Assembly: GCA_030770535.1 (NCBI GenBank)
Contig: JASVEC010000188.1
Coordinates: 1 to 34,323, forward strand
DNA length: 34,323 nt
Direction: 5' to 3'
Origin: Batkoa obscura
Lineage: Eukaryota
In this document: positions 1-11,596 of the stretch, piece by piece
Layout of the letters: every line of letters starts with the position of its first letter
Numbering within the stretch: position 1 is the first letter of the stretch
Notes under the pieces: model-generated
The model's database searches: none
Told to the model about the DNA's origin: nothing
The model's input: the letters and a program-made list of their open reading frames with translations, nothing else
Program-made: the position numbers and the translations under genes

Positions 1-3000
1 TTAGAACCCAAGGGATAGTAGGCCTAATCTCTTCTAACAGAGAAGCATCTAAATAATGTACGACTGTTGATAAAATATGAAGACCGTCTACTATATCTTC
101 AGCTAAGTCAAGGTCCCTTTCTAAAGAAGTATCATAAAATACATCTTTATCAATTTCCATTAAACCTGAAGTCTTGAAAACATGAGCTCCCAGAGCTTTG
201 GAACTTTTTCAAAGAGTTTAGGCCCAAAGCTTTTACAAAACTGTTCAAGGCAAAGCTCAGATCCTCTTCTTACAAATTTAGAATCAAGGCTGTTATTAGG
301 GTCAGATTGTCCTATATTGATACATGGCCTGCCTCTTCCCCTCACGATTGGGCCTTGTACAACTGAAAGCGAATAGATCTCTTCTTTTGTAAGATTATCT
401 CGCACACGTGGAGTAACTGAAGTGTCTGAGCAAATGAATGTGCATAGATTACGCACTATTTTATTAGTTGGGTTAATTTTGGGGTTGATAATTGACAAAA
501 GGTAGATTAATCTACTTAAGCCAATAGAAGAGCGTATTTGTAATTCCTGGTTTGGCTCTTTTTTAATTGAATTCATCATAGATGTAATAATGGGGGAAAG
601 TTTAGGTGGAAGTATTTCTAAAGTAGTTACAGCGCAAGAGATAGCGGATGTTACTTGTGTTTTTATTCCAAAAACAAAATCTTCATACGCCCCCATGGCA
701 ATCAACACTCTCTTCTTTCTATCCTCTAAGTTGCTTATTGAATTTTTGTTAGCAGAAAGGATAATTTGATCATATATTTGTGTTACAAAGTATCTACAAA
801 CATCAATTGTAAAATTGTTTTGAGCTTCCCCTTCAACGTAGCTAGGAAGAGCAGGTATAATAGTAGGATCAACACCTCCTTCCATTGTTGCAGTATTCAA
901 AAGCGCAAGCAGCTCAGAGCGAAGTTGCCTTAAATGTGGAATACATTCAATTAATGTAATTTTATTACTGAGCTCAAGTTGGTCTACAAGCATCTTGGAT
1001 AGTGATTCTTTGATAGGTGAGCCATTTACGATAGTTTGATTTTCTATAAACCATTCTTCAATTATTGCTGCAGATAAATGTTGATGCATCCCCCAAGCTG
1101 ATTGTATGTAGAATCCCAGAGAGCCATCGAACAATAAAGCAATTTCATCTGTTGGAAGTACTTTCATTAATGTCCCTAAAGCTTTAGCACCACGTAAACG
1201 ATTAAGTAATACTTTATCTTTAGAAATCAAGGCAAAATCTTGAGAAAGCATCCGGAATCAACATTATGCGTTGACCCAGGTCCCTGTTTATCACCGAGGT
1301 TCGATCCTGGTTTTGGAAGGAATATAAGGCTTAAATCAATTTGAGTGCCTAGTGGCGTCATTAAAATAAGGAACCACTTTGGAACGCAATCTCTAATAAT
1401 TGGATAAAATGAGGTTGGATTAAGCTTAATTTTTTCCATAATCATTTTCCATAAAACTTCAGATCGATCCAATGTTTTTTCTTTTTCTTCAAACAAAATG
1501 TTTTGGAACACAAGTTTGAAAACACGATCGTCGACCCATCTACAATCTTGATCCGCATCGAGGAAAAGTTGAAGGGTATCCAAAACTGCCAATCTAACTG
1601 AAGAAATCGTATGCCTGAAAAATGGGAAAAGTACTGGAACCAAATTAGCTAGGGCAAAGGTATTATTTTCTTTAGATAAATCTTGGAATGATTGAAGGAT
1701 TTTAGGATAAGAAAAGAGGCGAGCTAAAAGATCCATAACGCTACTAGTTGAAGCAGATAAATCATCTTTTGCGTCTTTCAAATTTAACCATAATATAGTA
1801 GCGACTTTAATTGCTTTATCTGGCATTAAATTTACAAACTGTTCAGTTACTGGTAGAATCGAAGCTGCGGAAACTCCCCTAACATCATCATCCCCATCAT
1901 CTAAACAAAAATATGATTGCATCTATTGTTACCTTTAATAAGGGTTCAACAAGATCAGTTCGGACTGCAATTAAATATTTTAGTCCTAATAAGCCAGCAT
2001 GCCTGGATTCCCATTGAGTAATGGATAGCCCATCTTGTGCATTCGTTTTATTTAAATCTTGGCCTTGGGCTACAAGGTTTAAAAGGCCAGTTTGCGTTTT
2101 GAATACAAGCTCTGGTGGGAGGTATTGAATTAAAGTTCCAAGGGTTTGGGAACAAGTTTCTCTAACAGGTGCTACAACGGAATCTGAAACGAAATCCCCA
2201 AAACGGTCAAGAGCAAAGACACATAATAATCTAATGCAAACGTCTTCCAACCATTCCTCATGTAATATATCATTTTTGTCTTTAGATAACCCTGCGATTT
2301 TCCCTGCATCCTTTCCATGATATTTTAAGATCTCACGAAGCCCAATAGCAGCACCATGACGCACAACCCAATTAGGGTCAAATAAATCTATGCACAAAGT
2401 TTCACAGAATTCTTCAAATGGCCACTCTCTTGGGTCCTCTACAATTTCCATAGAAACTTTTGATTCTACTATAACTTTACCATTATTAATATCATCACCA
2501 GCGTTCGAAGAAGTTTGCTTAATCTGGGAGTCAACAGTTGCACGCTTTTGGGGAGCTTGAATACGTTTTCTCGATTCAAGTATTTTATCTTTAGCTTCTT
2601 TTTTATTTTTTCTCTTTAATCGATTTCTTTCACGTGCACTTAGTGCTGACATGTCTATTTCCTCTTTTGGAGAAGGAGCTCTAGGTGGTTGAATTTCAGC
2701 TTTAACTGTTGTATCAATGTCATCCAAAAAGTCATCTATTTGAAAGTGAGAAAATGTAAAACTATAATATTATTTACTAACCTTCTATAAAATCCGATCC
2801 AATTCCTAGGTTCTTTTTTAAATTTTTCTTTAAATGTTCCATACGTTCATTTGGAGCTAGGTTGGACATATCTAAGTCATATTCCTTTTATGTTTTTAGC
2901 TATTTAATTATAAATGTTAAAAATAAAATACAATTCCAGCTGAAGCGAGTAATTTCTTTCCTTTTTTCATCACATTTAATATATCAAACTCTTTGAACGT

Positions 3001-3422
3001 CAAAACAGATTTTGTAACTGCTTCTGGAGGAGGCATATCTATTTAAAATGTTATAAACCATTTGATAATTTATAATAGATTAAACCTTCTATTTTGACAT
3101 CAGGATCCCAAGTTGAAGCATTTTTAGCAATTGCCCCAATCGCTTGTCCTGCAGCAATTCTAGTTTCCCAAGTTGAAGATCTTAAATGAACAGATACCTT
3201 AAATTATTAGCTTAAGTTTTATAGACAATTATGATCCTACCCTTCCCAATAAATTTTTTAACTCTCCTGGATGCTGTTTCATGATATCTCCCAACTGGTT
3301 AGCCGCAGTTGTTCTGACACCAGAGGCAGAACCAGTATCAAGCAGTAGGATTAAGCGTTCTAATCTTTAATTATGATTAGACATATTAAATATCAGATAT
3401 TTATAAACTACCTTGAAGCCAT
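1..3422 (-). CDS. MOT1: TATA-binding-protein-associated SNF2 ATPase Mot1/BTAF1, N-terminal HEAT region; partial (continues beyond base 1), five 5' introns and three apparent frameshifts
   Basis: Spliced N-terminus from ATG 3422: MASRLERLILLLDTGSASGVRTTAANQLGDI...RSSTWETRIAAGQAIGAI. Later motifs: EWPFEEFCETLCIDLFDPNWVVRHGAAIGLREILK, WLEDVCIRLLCVFALDRFGDFVSDSVVAPVRETCSQTLG, WESRHAGLLGLKY, DDDVR, PFFRHTISSVR, LPPKLSPII, KIVRNLCTFIC. ORFs 1897-2727, 1227-1922, 160-1251 and a further frame below ~164 are colinear pieces joined by 1-nt frame changes rather than introns. Confidence 0.95.
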
Positions 3423-4826
3423 TTCTTAATTCTTAATTAAATATAAGTGTTTTAAGTAATAACAATAGTTAACTAAAGCTTGAGTAGTAAAACGAAATAA
3501 ACTAAAACTAGTGTTTTGTTTTAATATTGTATTTGATGTCCTAGAATAAGGGGTCCTAAGTAGTAGTAGTACTACCCGCTATGTATAGGGGTTTTAAGAT
3601 TTTATCATTTTTCGCCTTTTATACTTATTGATGAGGAAACAATGTCTCTTTGAGTACTGACCTACCCTTATTCGCTCTCTAGAACTTAGCTTCATTCAAA
3701 TTAAGTTTCTCATTTTTGATTGGATTATAAGATTTATGCAGCAAATAAAGAATAAAGAAATCATTTTAATTCAAAGCTAAGCCAATTAAATATGCTTCTA
3801 TTTCATGGAATAATTTAATAATTAGTTGAATACATCTATTAGAAATCTGTCAATGGCCTAATTAGCTGTTTATTTAAGAATATTTTTTTACTAAAGTTTA
3901 ATTTTTTGGTTAAAAAAGCCATATGAATAAATAGCTAGATCTAAAAATTACTGCAATTTAAGTTACAATACAGTTATAACAGCTACATTGCCAACAAAAC
4001 TGAACCTTACAGCTAAATTTCACTTTCCTGTATAAGTAACATCAGAAAGCACCTTACATTTATCTACTGCTAATGATTTACTGCTATTAAAAGTGTTTGA
4101 ATATTTGTCAAGTCTAACTTTCAAAGTTTGTGGCAATATATTACGGATTGACTGTTAATTGTTAACATATAAGTCAATAAAGCGACTTGAAGATGTATAA
4201 GCTTTTGAGAATAAGTGTAAGTCCTTATGGTAAATAGTGTACATAAACTTTTAAGCAACGATATGGTTAGTGATAAATGTTTTAATATATTGAAAGCACT
4301 AGTAACTACTGTGAATTAAATTTCATTCATCAAATATGATATGATATTGAATTTTATTCTAAGGGGCTTATTTTAAGTTTTGATGTTTTTTTACTTGGAT
4401 TTCAAGTCAATTTTTAGGAATTTTTAGGAATTTTTTGTTTAGCACAAAATTTTATTCTTAAAAATTATATCATAGCAAATATTGACTTTAAAGATACAGT
4501 ATATAAATAATATCTCGCCGAAAAAGTGCTCAGATATAAAGCTGATAGTGATCTGATATATACTATATGGTAGATAGTACCAAATTCATTCATCTATAAG
4601 TTGTAAATGTTACTCTAGGAAATATTTACCTCAAAACCCTCATATTACTAAATAAATTTTAACCACTTTAGCTATCAAATGGGTATTTGTCAACTTGACA
4701 TAAAGTTGAAACATTTTGTTTAATTGGTTGAAATTTAGCAATAATTATTTTCACTAATATTAAAGTACAGAATATTCATATCTTTAATCTTTATTATTAG
4801 ACAATCTCATTAATCCTATCAATTCA

Positions 4827-5882
4827 ATGTCTTCCAACTCGATTAAAATCTTTGCTGGTAACTCACACCCCGAATTAGCAAACCTCATTGCAAAGTTAGT
4901 TTACCATTAATTTCTTAATAAAAATTAAAACTTATTTTATAGACGCATTGGTGTTCAAGTAGCAAAATCTAATGTACGCAAGTTTTCAAACCAAGAAACT
5001 TCAGTAACCATTGGTGAGTCGGTACGTGATGAAGATGTTTTTATTATTCAATCTGGATGTGGTGAGATCAATGATAATCTTATGGAACTTTTGATCATGA
5101 TTAACGCTTGTAAAACGGCTTCTGCTCGTCGTATCACAGCCGTCATTCCTTGTTTCCCTTATGCAAGACAAGATAAAAAGGATAAGTCCCGCGCACCTAT
5201 ATCTGCAAAGCTCATTGCTAATATGCTTACTGTTGCTGGGGCTAACCATGTAATTACTATGGACCTTCACGCTTCCCAAATCCAAGGTTTTTTTAACATC
5301 CCTGTCGATAACCTTTATGCTGAACCTTCAACTCTTAAATACATTAGAGAAAACATTCCTGAGTGGAAAAACGCCATTATTGTATCCCCGGATGCTGGTG
5401 GTGCTAAAAGGTATAATAGCATTTAATTATTTATACAAAATATAATTTTTGATAGAGCTACTGCCATTGCTGATCGTCTAGACTTAGATTTCGCTCTTAT
5501 CCATAAGGAGCGTAAGAAGGCTAACGAAGTATCTCGTATGGTTTTGGTTGGAGATGTTAAAGATAAAATTGCTATTCTCGTTGACGATATGGCAGATACT
5601 TGTGGTACTTTAGGATTGGCAGCCAAAACTTTAGTTGAAAATGGAGCTAAAGAAGTTTATGCCATTGTTACCCATGGTATATTATCTGGAAAAGCAATCA
5701 AGGTAATTAACGATTCAATGTTAACTAAAGTAGTAGTTACCAACACTATTCCACATGAGGATAAATTAGAGATTTGTCCTAAACTTGATTTTATTGATAT
5801 TTCTGCTACTTTGGCCGAAGCTATTCGTCGTACTCACAATGGAGAGTCCATCTCTTATCTCTTCTCTCATGTACCAGAATAA
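4827..5882 (+). CDS. PRS: Ribose-phosphate pyrophosphokinase (PRPP synthetase), 3 exons
   Basis: [18 protein letters not shown]...[116 protein letters not shown] introns at 4895-4942 and 5411-5455. Confidence 0.97.
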
Positions 5883-6665
5883 TTGATCTTATTTCATTTA
5901 CATTATTGTTTATAGATATAAAATACTAAAATTAATCGATATTATTATTTGAAAGTATGCTTAAATTAATCAGATGGACTAATTAAATGTTATCTCTGAC
6001 TATGTTTATGATTAGTTTAAGTTCCAATAGATAGTAAGTTAATTAGATAATCTATTATATTATTGAGCTATGGTTTTGTTATATGAATTAAATTCATTAA
6101 AAACTAGCATCATATGTTCCTCAAATATACTATGTATTTTTTAATATAAAAATTATATTAAATAAGACAAATAGCAATATATAATTGCTAAAAACTTCTA
6201 TTTATTCGAAATTCTTGAAAGATTGACATCAGGTGTCTTATTTAGTCAAGATAAAAACGAGTTCTAAAGTCAAATAATAATAGGAAGGTTTCTGAACAAA
6301 CTGATTTAAGGTAATTTAGAAAGTAGTTTGAAGCGAAACTAGGAAATTATTAGCTGTGGAAGCTTTTCAAAATAATTCCCGAAATCTCAACTATAAAAAC
6401 TATAACCTATTTAATCTTGTATTGTTATAAAACAATACATAAAATCAGTGTTTATGTAGTAATCAGAGGGTATAACTTGAAAAATATTTCTTGTTTCTTT
6501 TTCAAATATGCTTTAAGGCAATATTAACTATAACAAAAGTTCAAAATTTAAAAAATCATAGAGAAATTAGAATATATTATAAAGCTTTTATTTCACTTGA
6601 AAAAGTTTTTAATATTTACGTTTTAAGCATTTAAAATTTGAATAATAAACTGAGTTAAATATTAC

Positions 6666-6772
6666 TATATGGGGATAGTTTTTTTGATTTCATTACTTTT
6701 TCCACCTTTTAAGCACTATTTGAGTGGAAAAGTTGTTAGCAAAATTCTTAAACACAAAAATACATCCCCATA
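6666..6772 (-). mobile_element. ~105-bp MITE-like foldback repeat, copy 1
   Basis: Reverse complement reads TATGGGGATGTATTTTTGTGTTTAAGAATTTTGCTAACAACTTTTCCACTCAAATAGTGCTTAAAAGGTGGAAAAAGTAATGAAATCAAAAAAACTATCCCCATATA and aligns with the other copies. Confidence 0.85.
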
Positions 6773-6803
6773 ACTTATATATTAATGTTAATCAAAGTTA
6801 TAA

Positions 6804-6907
6804 TATAGGAATGTATTTTTATGTTTAAGAATTTCACTAACAATGTTTCGGCTCAAATAGCGCTTAAAAGATGGAAAAAACAATGAAAAAAAACACTCCC
6901 ACATATA
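6804..6907 (+). mobile_element. ~105-bp MITE-like foldback repeat, copy 2
   Basis: TATAGGAATGTATTTTTATGTTTAAGAATTTCACTAACAA...CTCAAATAGCGCTTAAAAGATGGAAAAAA...AAACACTCCCACATATA. Confidence 0.8.
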
Positions 6908-7538
6908 AATAGGTATATATATTTATAAAGCTTTATTGAAAAATATTTATTACTGACTGCTATATAGCTAATATTTTAGATTTGCCATTAAATAAATAAA
7001 CAAATAGCTGTATACGAAGTAATAATTAGTTTTAAAATTATGATTAACTATTTTTATATAACATAAGCGATATAAGGATATAAGGATATTTGTTGTTTAT
7101 TATTATAATTATTTGCTTTTCAACTATTTATTAGCTTAGCTATGTGAAATCTGGTTACTCAGTGATTGGAGTCAAAAGCAGTTATTGCTTGGTTGACTAG
7201 CTGTAAGTCGAAAGATATTAGTTTATGTGACTAAGATGGACTTGAATTATGAATGATAGCACGTGATATGCTACAGACTATGTAAGACAAATAGAATAGA
7301 CAGTACTAATGTAAAACCTATATAAAATACTATTAAGAAAACTTAGTGGCTTTATTAAATGTACAAAATATCGGAGAACAATTCAGTTAAAAAGCCTCAA
7401 GCTACTATGTTCTAAAATCTCTTTTATACTCTGGCAATCATGAATATCAAAACGAGAAGATAATATTCTTTGGGATGAAGCTAAGAGCGTGGGATTAATT
7501 GTCTTTGAACTTGAGAACACAACAACTTAAGTGATTAT

Positions 7539-7645
7539 TATATGGGGATGTATTTTTGTGTTTAAGAATTTTACTATCAACTTTTCCGCTTAAATAGCGT
7601 TCAAAAATGGAAAAAATAATGAAGTCAAAAAAAACACTCCCATAT
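7539..7645 (+). mobile_element. ~105-bp MITE-like foldback repeat, copy 3
   Basis: TATATGGGGATGTATTTTTGTGTTTAAGAATTTTACTATCAACTTTTCCGCTTAAATAGCG...ATGGAAAAAATAATGAAGTC(A)nCACTCCCATAT. Confidence 0.85.
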
Positions 7646-7767
7646 TATAGTCAATTATAGAGCTGATAAAGAGATATTTCACATTTTTTAGGTTTTAATT
7701 TTAATTTTGGTTTTTTTGAGATTTTATTTTATTTGTAGTATAAATTATATTATTATCAAGATAACAT

Positions 7768-7868
7768 TAAGGATGCATTTTTATATTTGAGAATTTTACT
7801 AACAATTTTCTGCTCCAATAGTGCTCAAAAGATGGGAAAAGTGACGAAGCCAAAAAAACACCCCCATA
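7768..7868 (+). mobile_element. ~105-bp MITE-like foldback repeat, copy 4 (left end eroded)
   Basis: GGATGCATTTTTATATTTGAGAATTTTACTAACAATTTTCTGCTCCAATAGTGCTCAAAAGATGGGAAAAGTGACGAAGCCAAAAAAACACCCCCATA. Confidence 0.8.
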
Positions 7869-8801
7869 CTGCTGTTTTTTTAAATAAATTATTTGTTATC
7901 TGGTTAAATTTTAATAACACTAAGATAATTTTTAAAAGAAATGAAGTAAATTGATTTTATATTTCCTATTAAGATGATGTAAAATATCATTTTTAAATTA
8001 TACAAAAACTAATTAGCACTTAAATTTCTTGTTCTAATAAATCACAGTTTTATAAAACAAATCAATAAATAACTTCTCTTAAATAACCTGATTACCATCC
8101 TTTTTACCTTTCTTACAAATCTTTATAATGACGTAAAACTTCCAATTTTTATTTTTAATAAACTAAGCTTTTCAATTAAAAAAAGGTCTTTTTTAGTACC
8201 AACAATTATATTCTTTAATTTAGTTGCGTTTTTTAAATATAATATTACCAATTTAGCATAAACTTTTGAATTCTGAAAATAACAGATAAGCTATCGGATT
8301 TCTCCCGAAAATACAATAAATATCTTTTCCATATTGCGTTTCAACATGTACACTCGACGGTCTTTTCATTTATTTCTTTATTTACCTAAAAATGAAGTAT
8401 TCAGAAGATTAAACATTATCGTCATAGGCAATAATCAATAATACACTGATATACGAAAGATACTTGGAAGTAAAAAATATCCAAAAGCTATAAAACTTAA
8501 TGAGTTTATTTAAATATATTTAACCTTATGATAATTGAACTTTCAATTTAGTAATGACTATCTTTAGTGATTAATATGATAAATTTCAATTTATTATATA
8601 TTATGTATTATTTGATATTTACTTATGAAACTCAATGTTGTTGTACATTCTATTAACAATTATACTCCAACACACATATATAGAAGGCTATTAGCAAACT
8701 ATTGTAACTAACTAAATATTAATTCAATAAAAGTCAACTCAATTAGATAAATACACGAACTCAAACAAGTTGAAAATCTTATATAATTAACATGACTCAA
8801 T

Positions 8802-10850
8802 TTAATTTTTACTTAACTCAAATAAATCTAATAAAAATTGATCTTGTAAAATAAGATGAGTTGAGCCCAATAAAGCAGTATTCTTTTCCTTAATAAACGC
8901 CTTATTAAATCTATTAATTAATTTGACTTCTGATAAAGTAACACCACCTAGTATAAAAGTTATTGTTTTTTCGTCTTTTTCTTTAGTTTGTAAAATTGAA
9001 GGTGGGTTCAAGTAGGGGAATTCGGAAAAACTGAGAGTATTATTATATAAATTTAATAATATAGATTTTAAGTGCAAGGTATCACAATTAATGGATTGTT
9101 CTTCTTTTAATAATTTAAAATTGATGAGATCATCGATTTTACCTTCAGTAGGTTCCATATGCCAATCTTTAATTTTAGTTGTACTTTCATTCTCTGTTGA
9201 TTCCTATAACAAAAAAATGTAATCGTTACTGTAAATATAATAAAACATTAATTATTTAATTATTTACCATTATTATTGGTCCATTTTTAATATAACTGAT
9301 ATTAGATATTGAATTGGAATAAATATGACTTTTTATTTCAGATACTATTTCAAGACGATATCGATCATCAAGTATAGTTGGATGATTTAATAAATATAAA
9401 CTTAATACTCTTACTTTATCTTTTAATCTTATATTGTCTTGAAGCAAAATATCAATTAAATTAGTTAACAATAGATTATGTTGTTCAATTGAATCTTCTT
9501 TATTATTAGAAGTTAGTTCCTATATGTAAGATAAAAGTTGAATGATAAGGTTAATATAGAAAAAAAAGAATAATATTATAATTTACCTTTTGTAAGGGAG
9601 CTATTAGATTTAAACTTCTTTCTTTAAATACATTAATACATTTATCAGTTAATAAAGTATGATTTTTTAATAAATTGGAACTTTGTTTGACTTGAGGTAA
9701 TTGTTTTACTGCATTCTTTAATTCATTCAAATTCTTCTCATCCTGTTTAATTTCTCTATAATAATTTAGAAATTTTTATTATTAGTTTGTCTATAAAATA
9801 TATATACGTTAAATCTTACCCCGTGATAAATTGTTTTGCTGCTTTATTATTTTTTAATAATTCATTATATTGAGTTCTTATATATCTTGCTGCTTCAGTT
9901 ATACTTTTTGATTTGATTTGTTGATAAATAAGATCATGATGATCTAAGTAGATTTCTTTTAATTCTCCTTTAGTATCTTCGAAACTATTAGAAATAAATT
10001 AGTATTACTTAGTTTATAGTGAAAATATCAAATAATATTACCTAGGTACTTTATTATCTTCAAAACAAAATACATCTTTTAAATATGGCTCATAAGAAAA
10101 ATTATATAAAAATGGGGGATTTAAATCAAAAGATCGATCTAATAACAATAATATAGGCCTCTCAATATCCGATTCTTTAATATCATTGTCATTATAATAT
10201 AAATTTAGTTTATTATAAATCATATCAGCTAATAAATTTGTCAATCCAGATTTCTTTTGTTTATCCTCTTGATGATATCGAATAGTAGGAAACATATTGA
10301 AATTCATCAAGAATTGACAGATATTTTCTGCTATTAAGTCTAATGAATTTATCAACTCTTTATGTCTTGTTAAAGGTGAATATAGGCTTTGAAAAGCTAT
10401 CTTTTTGTCCATTAATAAATTTAAAAAATACTTTTCTTCTGGTATGAAATTGCAGTAAAACTCATTCAATGTCACTATCTTATTTGTTTTATTTAACTGA
10501 ATTAACTTTTCAAACATATCATCTTTTATTGTATCTAAAAATAATAAATGAAATTGAAAATATTTGGCTATACCGTCCACATTAATATCTTTTTTAATTA
10601 ACTCTAAATTCTCTATACTTGGGTAAATAAAATAAATAGCTTCCATTGTAATGAAACTTTCTCTTTGAATTTCAATGTTTTCTATTAATGTGATAGCTTC
10701 TTCATTTAATTCTAATAAATTAAATAGACTACTAATCAGTTTTTGGCTTTTAAAATCTAATATTAATGTCTTCCATCGTTGTTTGGTTTTGATTCCTCTT
10801 ATTAAGCTTAATATCTTTTGTTTATAGTGTAAGCGAATGTCAAAGCTCAT
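8802..10850 (-). CDS. Sec1/Munc18 (SM) family vesicle-trafficking protein, divergent, 5 exons
   Basis: WKTLILD, ITLIENI...MEAIYFIYPS, FPTIRY, ILLLLDRSFDLNPPFLYNFSYE (SM LLIxDRxxD...P motif), KDKVRVLSLYLL, FILGGVTLSEV, LLGSTHLI. ORFs 10038-10850, 9256-9471 and 8802-9158 plus two exons within ~9587-9985 join in frame through GT-AG introns. Confidence 0.88.
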
Positions 10851-11596
10851 TTGAAATTTAGTAAAAATTGTTTATAAAAAACTTAAAGAAAGTATTTTTA
10901 TTTATTTTTATTTAAAGTTATTTGGAACAACTAAATGTTACTAAATTAATTGGATTAATTTCGAAAAGTGATATTACCTTTTTAATTATTACAAATTACT
11001 ATATATGGTAAATTTTTCAAATTGACTATTGAATTAATTTATTTGAAAATATTATTATCTTATAACGTAATATTTATATCTGTTATTATGTATTAGGTAT
11101 TTCCATATGATTTTTTCATTTTTAAGAAAAAAAGATGGCAAATATGTAATTAATTATAATAAAAAATAAAATTTTATAAAAATACTTAATAAAGACTTAA
11201 TTTTTAATAATAGCTTTGTCTAATATTTTTGAGTATCTTATTTAATTAATAATAATAATGATTATTTCTATTTATTAAACTTTTCTTTAAAAATAATTGA
11301 ATAAAGCAACTCCCCACTTTTTTCAATTTAAATTTTATTTTTTTTGTTTGCAATTTTTTTCAACTATAAATAGCCAAAATTAAATCAAAAATTAATTCTA
11401 GCTTCAACCTTAGACTTTATAATCAAGATTTGCCCAAAAAAGAAAATAAAGTACTCAATATCTGATATATCATCTATTCAATTTATCTTCAAGATGATTG
11501 GTTTTTGTTAAAATTAGACTTAAATCCAAGCAATTAACAATATTTGTAAAAAAGATTCCACTCATTTCTCAATATTTTATCATTCAATATCTATTA

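Noticed and set aside
1899..1932. Possible ~32-nt intron explaining the first MOT1 frame change
   Set aside because: The GTAACA...TTTAG pair is the wrong phase and would delete a conserved helix.
3605..3660. TTCGCCTTTTA resembling U5 snRNA loop I, and TGATGAG-GAAAC resembling a hammerhead core
   Set aside because: The U5 loop needs GCCTTTTAC closed by a stem, which is absent. The hammerhead lacks the C of CUGA and stem II. GCCTTTTAC near 27458 lies antisense within the SDHAF1 exon.
3721..4280. Minus-strand frame that looks protein-like if TAA/TAG are read as Gln (RIP-like relic or alternative code)
   Set aside because: It has about 14 stops in ~185 codons, roughly what random sequence of this AT content gives. 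No recognisable motif, and real genes here terminate at TAA.
4654..4736. Imperfect hairpin (AAATTTTAACCA/TGGTTGAAATTT with inner TCAACT/AGTTGA) upstream of PRS
   Set aside because: Short and AT-rich, plausible by chance, and single-copy in the window.
6666..7868. CRISPR-like array interpretation of the clustered repeats
   Set aside because: Eukaryotic context, ~105-bp units, irregular spacing, mixed orientation and no cas genes.
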